Source: an uncultured euryarchaeote
GTDB taxonomy: Archaea > Halobacteriota > Halobacteria > Halobacteriales > Hikarchaeaceae
Assembly (NCBI GenBank): GCA_963932585.1
Contig: CAWVSO010000001.1
Coordinates: forward strand, 1-35,889
DNA length: 35,889 nucleotides
Reading direction: 5' to 3'
Shown here in pieces: positions 8,655 to 16,629 of this stretch (position 1 is its first letter; each line of letters begins with the position of its first letter). A program made the position numbers and the translations under genes. The notes beneath the pieces were generated by a model, which saw only the letters and a program-made list of their open reading frames with translations, searched no databases and was not told where the DNA came from.

Positions 8655-9668
8655 TCATTTTACCTCTTCCACAACATTTTCAGAAAACTGCCTCAGCATT
8701 TCTTTTGCCATGTATTCTTGGTTTTCAAAAGGCAGAACTGCTATATGCTCCACACCGGAATTAATCAATTCTTCAACTCTAAAACAACATTCTTCGAGAG
8801 TACCTGCAATGGCAAACTGATTTATTATTCCATCCGTTACCATCTCTCTCGCATCTTGTGGCTTCAAACGATCAATATCTCCTATATTCTTCAAATCATT
8901 CACATCTTTCTTTGGAATTCCAATCGCTTCTAAAGTTTTAATTGGAACTGCATGAACTATTCTTATTATTATATCTATAACTGATTCTAGTGCGGTATCT
9001 CTATCTCCTGCAACTGAAAGAAATGCCCAACATATGGTATCTTTTACATCAACATTCATCCCAGATATTTCAATACCTTTATCTATATTTTCTCTCGCGT
9101 AATTCATCCCGGGAACCGATGACAGACCTGCACCAGCAATCACCCCATCTCCTATTTCTCCGCCTAGTGCTAGAATTTTTGGTCCTCTTCCTGCTATAAA
9201 AACAGGTATATCATATTCCGAAACAAAATTCAATTCAGCATTCTTCATCGAGAAACATTTTGATTCCATAGTTACTCTGTTACCTCTATTCAATTCTTTA
9301 ATGGCATATGTCGTATCCCTCATAGTCTCAATAGAATGTTTTTGTGAAATTCCAAGCTGATCTAGAATCATTGGAGAACCGGCACCCAATCCTAATATTG
9401 CCCTTCCCTCTGACAATTCAGATATTGTGGAAATAGATGCAGCAGTTATTGCAGGATTCCTAGTGTATGGATTAGTTACTCCTGTGCCTATCCCAATTCT
9501 ATCTGTATTTTCTGCTACTATTGCTAATTGGGAATATGTGTTCCTGTAAAGTCTTTCATCCGCAACAAACAAATTTTTATAATTCTCATCCACATCAATT
9601 TCTTTTGCTATTTCTACCAGGTACTCATTCTTATATTCATTTAGTAATCCAACACTAAATCTCGTCAT
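8655..9668 (-). CDS. LLM-class (luciferase-like) F420-dependent oxidoreductase, 5,10-methylenetetrahydromethanopterin reductase (Mer)-like
   Basis: Strong Mer-family pattern: IGIGTGVTNPYTRNPAITAASISTISELSEGRAILGLGAGSP. The 337-aa TIM-barrel length fits. The stop lies 1 nt from the thrC start. Confidence 0.75.
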   Translation of the reverse strand: MTRFSVGLLNEYKNEYLVEIAKEIDVDENYKNLFVADERLYRNTYSQLAIVAENTDRIGIGTGVTNPYTRNPAITAASISTISELSEGRAILGLGAGSPMILDQLGISQKHSIETMRDTTYAIKELNRGNRVTMESKCFSMKNAELNFVSEYDIPVFIAGRGPKILALGGEIGDGVIAGAGLSSVPGMNYARENIDKGIEISGMNVDVKDTICWAFLSVAGDRDTALESVIDIIIRIVHAVPIKTLEAIGIPKKDVNDLKNIGDIDRLKPQDAREMVTDGIINQFAIAGTLEECCFRVEELINSGVEHIAVLPFENQEYMAKEMLRQFSENVVEEVK

Positions 9669-9690
9669 TATTGTTTACTTTATTTCTCTT

Positions 9691-9713
9691 GCTAGGGCAA
9701 AACAATTCCTAGC
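9691..9713 (-). other. 6-bp inverted repeat (GCTAGG / CCTAGC, 11-nt loop) in the only sizeable spacer of the pyrH-to-thrC gene string
   Basis: Read directly from the sequence. On the transcribed (minus) strand the loop contains TTGTTTT. It may be an internal terminator or processing hairpin, or it may be fortuitous. Confidence 0.25.
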
Positions 9714-9753
9714 TCTATGACAATTCATAGAATTCTCTCTGAATCTTTAACAT

Positions 9754-11562
9754 TTAACCACCAAAACTTGTAATTAAAGAAGGTCCAAAAATAGTCACTA
9801 TTAGACAAACAATCATAATCAAACTAATCCCGCCCGAAACCCCCCGATTAATTGGGTTTCTATATTTCTCAGATACCTTTCTCGTTAAAATTCTTGTAGA
9901 AGATCTAAGAATGTGTCCACCATCAAGCGGAGTTGTTGGTATGCAATTAAAAACAGCCAAATTCAAATTAATCCACCCTGTCCAAAAAAGAATATTTGCC
10001 AATTTTAACAGCACAGTTTCAAGAATACCGCCATTTAACACTGAATAGAACTTAGAGTTATCTTCTGTAAAACCTGCAAAATTAAACTGCATTTCATTAC
10101 TTACCACTCCCATTAAAGGCAGCTGCAAAGTAATCATAACACGATTCAAAAAAGATGTTTTTTCCAAACCCCCTCCAATATTATTTTCTTTTCCTCCTCC
10201 TATGATTGTCAGGTAAGTCTCAGCAGGATATTCTATTATTCCTATATCATCGAACTCTATTCCACTTATTCCTTCAGATGCCACAATTCCTAAAAATCCA
10301 GATCCAATCTGTGAATCTGGATGTTCTCCCAATTGAACTTTTTGATATTCTAGAATCCACTCGTTTTCATTTTCTAAAAACTCATAGTATTTTATTTCTA
10401 CAATCATACCCGGTTTAGTATCTCTTAAAAAGTCTCCAATCCTTTGGCCATCTTCAATCCTATCTCCATTAATATTTGTCACAATTATGTGACCCAAAGG
10501 TGGCAATTGAACTTCATTCTGATTTATCCATGGACCATCATCTACAAGACTCACCAAAGCACCAATAGGGATTTGTTGAGCTTCTTCATCCCCTATTTTA
10601 ACCAGTAATATCTCATTTGATTCAATTATATTTTTTAGCCAATCCAATGTTTTTATTTCTATCCCATTAATCAATAAAATATTATCATATCCTATAATTG
10701 AATTTATATTTTTATAAGCCCCGTTTTCATCAGCGCCAACCACTCCCAAACTTCTATCTATGGTCATCACTTGCCTATCTTTGTAATTTCTTCTTTCAAC
10801 TGTCCAATCCACCGATGACAAATTTTTCTGATCATCTAACATCTCAATTATAAGATCTCCTTCTACTATCCCTGCATCATCTGCTGGTGATCCTGGAATT
10901 ACTCCTCCAATTGCCATCCCTTGATTCACATCAATTCCACTAGATACTGGTCCAAATAACAAGGCAAAACATAGAAATGCAACAAAAAAGTTATTGGTGA
11001 CCCCTCCTGCAAACATTCTTATCTGTCCTCTCTCACTAACTCTTCCACGGCTTCTCTCATCGGGTTCTACAAATGCCCCTATGGGTATAATAGTGAAAAG
11101 AGCAATGCCCATAGATTTAATGTTAATCCCTTCCACACGGCACATTATCCCATGACCTCCTTCATGAACCACTAGACCTATCAATAATCCCAGGATAATT
11201 TCGGGGGCAACTTGCAACGGGAGGAAATCATTAACCCCTGGAACTATGATTATATTTCTTGGCTGACTAAGAATTTCTGGGCCTGGATTTTTTATACCCG
11301 TAATTGCTGCAAATAATAATAAAATAAACGTAACTAACATCATAAAACCCGCAATCACCGATCCAATATTTCCCCAAAGTCTCCAAAATCTTTTTGGAAC
11401 TGATAACTTCTCTAACAATTCTCTCCCCCTCTCTGTATGGATCGTGTGTATTGGCCCATTTGATTTCACATATCTAGGAATCATTCCCCTCTGACTCAAC
11501 CAATTTATTACAATTGAGTAAATTATGATTGCCCACACAATAGTCCAGAAAGAATATTCCAT
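9754..11562 (-). CDS. site-2 protease family (M50) intramembrane metalloprotease with PDZ-containing insert
   Basis: HEGGHGIMC (HExxH) in a TM segment and C-terminal NCIPTTPLDGGHIL (NxxPxxxLDG). A PDZ-like GGVIPGSPADDAGIVEGDLIIEM lies in a long central soluble insert. There are multiple TM helices. Confidence 0.85.
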   Translation of the reverse strand: MEYSFWTIVWAIIIYSIVINWLSQRGMIPRYVKSNGPIHTIHTERGRELLEKLSVPKRFWRLWGNIGSVIAGFMMLVTFILLLFAAITGIKNPGPEILSQPRNIIIVPGVNDFLPLQVAPEIILGLLIGLVVHEGGHGIMCRVEGINIKSMGIALFTIIPIGAFVEPDERSRGRVSERGQIRMFAGGVTNNFFVAFLCFALLFGPVSSGIDVNQGMAIGGVIPGSPADDAGIVEGDLIIEMLDDQKNLSSVDWTVERRNYKDRQVMTIDRSLGVVGADENGAYKNINSIIGYDNILLINGIEIKTLDWLKNIIESNEILLVKIGDEEAQQIPIGALVSLVDDGPWINQNEVQLPPLGHIIVTNINGDRIEDGQRIGDFLRDTKPGMIVEIKYYEFLENENEWILEYQKVQLGEHPDSQIGSGFLGIVASEGISGIEFDDIGIIEYPAETYLTIIGGGKENNIGGGLEKTSFLNRVMITLQLPLMGVVSNEMQFNFAGFTEDNSKFYSVLNGGILETVLLKLANILFWTGWINLNLAVFNCIPTTPLDGGHILRSSTRILTRKVSEKYRNPINRGVSGGISLIMIVCLIVTIFGPSLITSFGG

Positions 11563-11568
11563 TTTTAT

Positions 11569-13221
11569 CTATCTCTCCATCCGCAATCTTTCACAAACAA
11601 ATTTTCGATCTAGCGCCGAAAGCAATGGTCCCAATCTTGGGCCTTTTTCCTGGGCGAAAAAGAGCTCATAATTAACTTTAAAAAATTCACTCATTTCAAT
11701 TCCATTCTCTTTTGAAATATCATAAATTTTTTCCTGAATCTCCACACCCTCTTTTCCCAATTCTATGTAATCTGCAAGTTCTCCCAAAGCCATTTTCAAA
11801 TCTCCTTTGATTTCTATATTTGGCATGGTCTCTTTCACATAATAGTTGTATTCATTTTGATTACTTTCTGCCCAATGCCTTCCTTTTTTTATCCGTTCTA
11901 TTGCAAAATCAATTGTCCATTTTGGTAATTTCAAATCAACGTACCCTTGATGGGATGCCATTTCTTTTCGAATTTTTTCATTATTCACCATCCCCAAAAC
12001 CGCAGAAGACCTATATGGGATTCTCTGTCTTGATTTAAACTCTTCTATACTTTTGATGTCCTCCAATTTTTCAACCGTTTCTTTTATTATTGCGGGATAT
12101 ATGCGAGATGGCACTACTAAATTTTTATCTTTTCTATCTCCTTCAAAATATGACATTTCAAATTCGTCAAACTCATCAACCAATCTATCCATTTTACTCA
12201 GATCCAGGTCTCTCTGTTTATTTGGATTTTTAGCAAAGAAATAGCGTAATATTTCTGGTTCAATTAGCTTAGAAATTTCTTTTACAGTAATTATATTTCC
12301 ATTCGAAGAAGATAGTGATTTCCCGCCCAAAGTGAACCACTCATACACCATTGGAACTGGGGGTTCCATTCCAAATATTTCCTGGGCAATTTCTTTTCCA
12401 CTTGGCCAAGAACCCTCTGCGTGGTCTTTTCCAAACGGTTCAAAATCAACATTTAATACTTTCCAATCAGCAGGCCATTCAAATCTCCAAGGGAGCTTTC
12501 CTTCTCTAAAAGAGGCATATCCTTCATGGCCACATCCACTTATTAATTTCCCACTTCCATCCAAAAAACCAGTGCACTTGTAACCTACAATTTCCTTTTC
12601 CATGTCTATATTTTTTACACCAGAGGTCAATTTTTTACATTTTTCACATTGAGGTACAAAAGGAATATACCCATCTGAAACATTTTCCTGATATTTCTTC
12701 AAAATAATTTCAGAAAGCTCTCTCTTTTCGAATATTTCTCTAATACTCTCGTCAAATCTGCCTTCTTCATACATTTTCGTTGTGGATATGAATTCAACAG
12801 GGACACCAATCATTTCGGTGCTCTCTCTTAAAAGCGCTGTAAAATGATCGCCATATGATTCATAATCACTATTGAACGGGTTTTTAATATCTGAATACGG
12901 GACACCAAGATTTTTCCATAATAATCCTGCATCTATCTCATCTATGCCTACTATGTCCCAATTCTCATCTATAAAAAATTTAGGGACTTTTCTAAGTGCA
13001 TCTTTGTCATCCGAAGTAAATATCTGTCTAACTTTATGACCTCTATCTCTGAGAATTTCTGCAACATAGTAACCCCTCATAATCTCGTTTAGATGTCCCA
13101 AATGAGGTGCACCAGAAGGTGACACAGCCCCCTTGATAATTATTGTGTCTTTAGACTCTCTATTCTCTATCTCATCAGCAATTATTTCTGCCCAAAAAAA
13201 CTGATTATTTTCTTTTATCAT
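11569..13221 (-). CDS. lysK: lysyl-tRNA synthetase, class I (archaeal type)
   Basis: N-terminal FWAEIIADEI start, class I HIGH-type motif SPSGAPHLGHLNE and KMSKS-like GKSLSSSNGN. The 550-aa length is typical of class I LysRS. Confidence 0.9.
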   Translation of the reverse strand: MIKENNQFFWAEIIADEIENRESKDTIIIKGAVSPSGAPHLGHLNEIMRGYYVAEILRDRGHKVRQIFTSDDKDALRKVPKFFIDENWDIVGIDEIDAGLLWKNLGVPYSDIKNPFNSDYESYGDHFTALLRESTEMIGVPVEFISTTKMYEEGRFDESIREIFEKRELSEIILKKYQENVSDGYIPFVPQCEKCKKLTSGVKNIDMEKEIVGYKCTGFLDGSGKLISGCGHEGYASFREGKLPWRFEWPADWKVLNVDFEPFGKDHAEGSWPSGKEIAQEIFGMEPPVPMVYEWFTLGGKSLSSSNGNIITVKEISKLIEPEILRYFFAKNPNKQRDLDLSKMDRLVDEFDEFEMSYFEGDRKDKNLVVPSRIYPAIIKETVEKLEDIKSIEEFKSRQRIPYRSSAVLGMVNNEKIRKEMASHQGYVDLKLPKWTIDFAIERIKKGRHWAESNQNEYNYYVKETMPNIEIKGDLKMALGELADYIELGKEGVEIQEKIYDISKENGIEMSEFFKVNYELFFAQEKGPRLGPLLSALDRKFVCERLRMER

Positions 13222-13242
13222 TATCCCCTATGTGCCACGTTT

Positions 13243-13926
13243 TTAATCTGAATTAATGACGGTCCCATTATACTTGTCATGTAGGACTGCATCTATCATA
13301 TTCTTGGGATTCGAACCATCAATAACTATTGTTTTTATCCCTGACCTCTCAATCAATTTCGCAGCTAATAAATCAACAGGAGCTGCATTACCTGCAACCA
13401 TTTCTATCCCTGAAATTATTTCTATCAGCTCAATTGGTGTTATTTTATCAAATTTTGTGGCATTTTCATCCATTTTTGGATCTGAACTATATACGCCATC
13501 AACGCTTGTAGCATATATCAATAAATCTGCATTTGAATACTCAGCCAATGCCGCACCAACCGCATCTGTGGTCTGACCTGGGGCAATTCCCCCCATTATC
13601 ACTATTCCATTTTGTTGCAAAATATGTTTTGCAGATTCATAATTCTCTGGCGGAAGCTGTCCAAATTCATAATCAACACATGCCATCAATGTTTGGGCAT
13701 TGACTCTTGTAACTGCAATTCCAATCTGATCTAGTGTAATCTCATCAGAATCAAATTCTCTTGCAACTCCGATGTATTCTCTAGCAATTTTACCTCCACC
13801 AACGACTATGCCGATTGAATGTCCTTCTGCTAGAATCTGATCTATTCCCTCTGCATATTCTTTGATCCTTTCCTTAGATAATTCTGGGAAAAGGACGCTT
13901 CCTCCGATGGAGATTACTATTCTCAT
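13243..13926 (-). CDS. pyrH: UMP kinase, archaeal type
   Basis: MRIVISIGGSVL start, amino-acid-kinase fold motifs VVGGGKIAREY and GGIAPGQTTDAVGA. Length 227 aa. Confidence 0.9.
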   Translation of the reverse strand: MRIVISIGGSVLFPELSKERIKEYAEGIDQILAEGHSIGIVVGGGKIAREYIGVAREFDSDEITLDQIGIAVTRVNAQTLMACVDYEFGQLPPENYESAKHILQQNGIVIMGGIAPGQTTDAVGAALAEYSNADLLIYATSVDGVYSSDPKMDENATKFDKITPIELIEIISGIEMVAGNAAPVDLLAAKLIERSGIKTIVIDGSNPKNMIDAVLHDKYNGTVINSD

Positions 13927-14079
13927 TACTTCTGAGTCTCTGCGAGTGCACTTTAAACATTGGTTTTTATCTAAATTTATTCCAAATTAAAAAAAACATT
14001 TTCTCAACAACATACCACCCTACGTAGAATTAGTTATTTTATCAAAACTTACAAGCCATTTCTTAACCTACAATCCCCC

Positions 14080-14871
14080 ATGAAGCCTCTAGGAATCGCA
14101 GCTAGCGTTGAAGATTCAACTTATTCACTTGATAAAATCTGTAGCCATTTTCCATCAAAAGAATCTATAGCAGTTGTATCTCGATCTTTTTCTGAAAACA
14201 GTTCTGGCATTGAATTTACCTCATATGAAATTTCAGACAATGGCCATTGGTCTGCGTCTGGGGCCCATATAGATTTTTCAAACCTCCTAGATAAACTTGC
14301 AACAAAACACGAATATGTTTTTATAAGTGGTTTCCCCGAAGTCAATATACCGCATTTAGTCATCAATGGACATTCTCACTCTGGCACTACTTTAATAGAG
14401 GTATCTTCCACCTCCAAACTCAATATACCTGATCTTATCTCAAAACTAGACAAGACCGAACCATTTGAAAGTCTAGATTCTCTTATAGGCAAAATTCTTC
14501 AATCTCCAGATGCCAATCTTGCAGGTGCAATAGCAACTTTCACTGGTCGCGTCCGTGAACTTGACCACCTTTCAGATTCCTCTACAACTAGGCTAGAATT
14601 TGAAAAATATTCTGGAATCGCAGAATCTCGTATGGAAAAAATCTGTTCCGAAATACGCGAAAAAAACGGAGTGTTTGAAGTTCTAATGCACCATAGAACC
14701 GGGCCAATTGAATCTGGAAAAGACGTTGTTTTTGTAGTTGTTCTAGCTGGGCATAGGAATGAGGCATTCGAAGCAGTTCAAGAAGGTATCAATCGTATAA
14801 AATCTGAAGTTCCAATATTCAAAAAAGAAATAAAAATAGATGGCTCATTTTGGGTTCACGATAGGCCATAA
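14080..14871 (+). CDS. moaE: molybdopterin synthase catalytic subunit MoaE domain fused to an unassigned ~125-aa N-terminal domain
   Basis: The C-terminal half matches MoaE: GAIATFTGRVRE, HHRTGPIESGKDVVFVVVLAGHRNEAFEAVQEGINRIKSEVPIFKKE. The N-terminal half has no motif I can recognise and no P-loop. Confidence 0.75.
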   Translation: MKPLGIAASVEDSTYSLDKICSHFPSKESIAVVSRSFSENSSGIEFTSYEISDNGHWSASGAHIDFSNLLDKLATKHEYVFISGFPEVNIPHLVINGHSHSGTTLIEVSSTSKLNIPDLISKLDKTEPFESLDSLIGKILQSPDANLAGAIATFTGRVRELDHLSDSSTTRLEFEKYSGIAESRMEKICSEIREKNGVFEVLMHHRTGPIESGKDVVFVVVLAGHRNEAFEAVQEGINRIKSEVPIFKKEIKIDGSFWVHDRP

Positions 14872-14901
14872 TTGCGGTATTTTAAGATAAAATCTGCACT
14901 T

Positions 14902-14937
14902 TGACAGACAAATGTCTGACATTGTCTGACGTTTTTT
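14902..14937 (+). terminator. terminator-like element after moaE: imperfect inverted repeat, tandem TGTCTGAC copies and a T6 tract
   Basis: TGACAGACA (14902-14910) is the near-complement of TGTCTGACA. TGTCTGAC occurs at 14913-14920 and 14923-14930 (10-nt period). These are followed by G plus TTTTTT (14932-14937), 30-65 nt after the moaE stop. Oligo-T tracts are the known archaeal termination signal. Confidence 0.4.
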
Positions 14938-14970
14938 CCCAATTTCAGTATATTGAAATAATCTTTTATA

Positions 14971-15012
14971 ACGGTTTATGAAACGTTTAATCCATTTTAA
15001 ACGTTTTATGAA
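14971..15012 (+). promoter_or_regulatory. candidate operator/promoter region: two perfect AAACGTTT palindromes and ACG(G)TTT(T)ATGAA direct repeats
   Basis: AAACGTTT at 14981-14988 and 14999-15006 (18 bp centre to centre). ACGGTTTATGAA at 14971-14982 and ACGTTTTATGAA at 15001-15012 (30-nt spacing). The region is AT-rich and TATA-like, 40-80 nt upstream of the wHTH-like gene. Confidence 0.3.
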
Positions 15013-15052
15013 TTCAACTATATGATGTTTCATAATCTAAAACCACCTAAAA

Positions 15053-15352
15053 ATGAACTGGAGATCCTCAGTATATATGTCACCTGCTCACCTCAGATGG
15101 TATATGGACTTAGATTCCCCATTATCCACCGAGGCAAAAACAGAGTTGCTTATGGAATATCTTCGAACCCGCGTAGAAACTGGGAACCTCTATTTCAAGA
15201 GTAAATTCATAGCTGCAGAAGTTGGGCTCTCTCCAAAAGAAATAGGTGCACTTTTAGCCCGCATTCGAAATGATTCAAGCACAGATATTCAAATTGAAAA
15301 ATGGTCTTACACTAGTGCAACAACCTGGCGTCTAGTACCTGTGCAAGCATAA
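15053..15352 (+). CDS. small conserved archaeal protein, winged-helix/HTH-like (putative DNA-binding)
   Basis: The core LLMEYLRTRVETGNLYFKSKFIAAEVGLSPKEIGALLARIR...IEKWSYTSATTWRL resembles, from my memory only, a small family common in haloarchaea. The helix-turn-helix-like segment is AAEVGLSPKEIGALL. The start is uncertain; in-frame ATGs lie at 15053, 15077 and 15104. Confidence 0.5.
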   Translation: MNWRSSVYMSPAHLRWYMDLDSPLSTEAKTELLMEYLRTRVETGNLYFKSKFIAAEVGLSPKEIGALLARIRNDSSTDIQIEKWSYTSATTWRLVPVQA

Positions 15353-15420
15353 TTCATTCACCGAAAACCATTTGATGCAGATCAAAGTTTATATGTCCAC
15401 TTGAAACTTCTCTTGAGTTG

Positions 15421-16599
15421 ATGGACACACATCTGCATAATACTCCGCCAATTGATTCATTTTCTTCAGTTTTTCGCGTATACGAAATCAATTTCAATGG
15501 TTCAAATATATTATATTATGGAGATCTTCTTGAAACCCAACAATCTCTTCTGAAACTTGCTATACCCATCTTTCAAAACCACGGATATGACATAAGCTTA
15601 ACTCAACATCTAGGTGAATATATTCTCTTAGCAGAACCAATCTTACCTAAACAAAAAGAATTCCCATTCACTCAATTATTTCTTTTTATAGCTACTATTA
15701 TTTCAACTCTCTATGCTGGATCTATTTGGTATTACATACCTGATCCTTTATCTAATCCGTTATCTCTTCTTCAAGCCTGGCCTTTTGCAGCATCTGTTAT
15801 AGGTGTGTTAGCTGTCCATGAACTGGGGCACTACGTCGTAAGTAAGTATTATGGAGTAGATGCAACCCTGCCTTATTTCATTCCCATGCCCACATTCATA
15901 GGTACTTTAGGCGCAGTCATTCGCATCAAGGGCCATATACCTACAAGAGTTGCACTTTTTGACATAGGAATTGCAGGTCCAATAGCTGGGCTATTCGCTA
16001 CTATATTGGTAACTGCAATTGGCCTCACGCTTGACCCGATTTCAGTACCCTCTTGGGCAATGGAATCTGGATATAATAATCTCACAATTAAGTTTGGATA
16101 CCCTGTTTTATTCCAATTAATTGCAATAGCTGTAGGTTTGCCTGGAACTGAAAATGCAATCGGACTTTTAACTGGGACTAGTCAAATTGGCTATTCAAGC
16201 CCTGGGTTATCATTAAATCCTGTTGTATTCGGTGGGTGGGTTGGGATGTTTGTTACTTTCTTAAATTTACTCCCTGTGGGGCAATTGGACGGGGGGCATA
16301 TAATACGTGGAATTTTAGGCGAACGTGGCGCGACAGTATCCGCTCTTGTTCCTGGTTTTCTTTTTGGACTTGCGGCATTTCTTCACTTTTTCGGCAACAA
16401 TTTTTTCTCAGCCAATGTAAACAGCGCAGTCTCAATGTGGTTATTTTGGGGAATTTTAACACTTCTTTTTGCTCAAGCTGGGTCTGCAAAACCTCTCCAA
16501 GAAGATCCTCTTAATTTCTCAAGAAAGTTACTAGGAATATGTGTATTTGTTTTAGGGCTTCTATGTTTCACACCAATACCTATTCAAATTCTAAGCTAA
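15421..16599 (+). CDS. site-2 protease family (M50) intramembrane metalloprotease (second paralogue)
   Basis: HELGHYVVSKY (HExxH) and NLLPVGQLDGGHI (NxxPxxxLDG). Polytopic membrane protein. I use the ATG at 15421; the track start at 15418 is a TTG one codon upstream. Confidence 0.85.
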   Translation: MDTHLHNTPPIDSFSSVFRVYEINFNGSNILYYGDLLETQQSLLKLAIPIFQNHGYDISLTQHLGEYILLAEPILPKQKEFPFTQLFLFIATIISTLYAGSIWYYIPDPLSNPLSLLQAWPFAASVIGVLAVHELGHYVVSKYYGVDATLPYFIPMPTFIGTLGAVIRIKGHIPTRVALFDIGIAGPIAGLFATILVTAIGLTLDPISVPSWAMESGYNNLTIKFGYPVLFQLIAIAVGLPGTENAIGLLTGTSQIGYSSPGLSLNPVVFGGWVGMFVTFLNLLPVGQLDGGHIIRGILGERGATVSALVPGFLFGLAAFLHFFGNNFFSANVNSAVSMWLFWGILTLLFAQAGSAKPLQEDPLNFSRKLLGICVFVLGLLCFTPIPIQILS

Positions 16600-16629
16600 T
16601 CACATAAAATCTCAGAAATTTTAATTTTC

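Noticed and set aside
14845-15033. 62-aa very basic minus-strand ORF in the moaE/wHTH spacer
   Set aside because: It overlaps the moaE 3' end and the repeat/T-tract region. Its composition (K/R/I/F-rich) is what an AT-rich spacer gives when translated, and it has no recognisable motif.
15022-15204. 60-aa ORF overlapping the start of the wHTH-like gene in another frame
   Set aside because: The alternative frame (15053-15352) carries the conserved-looking core, and this one has no features.
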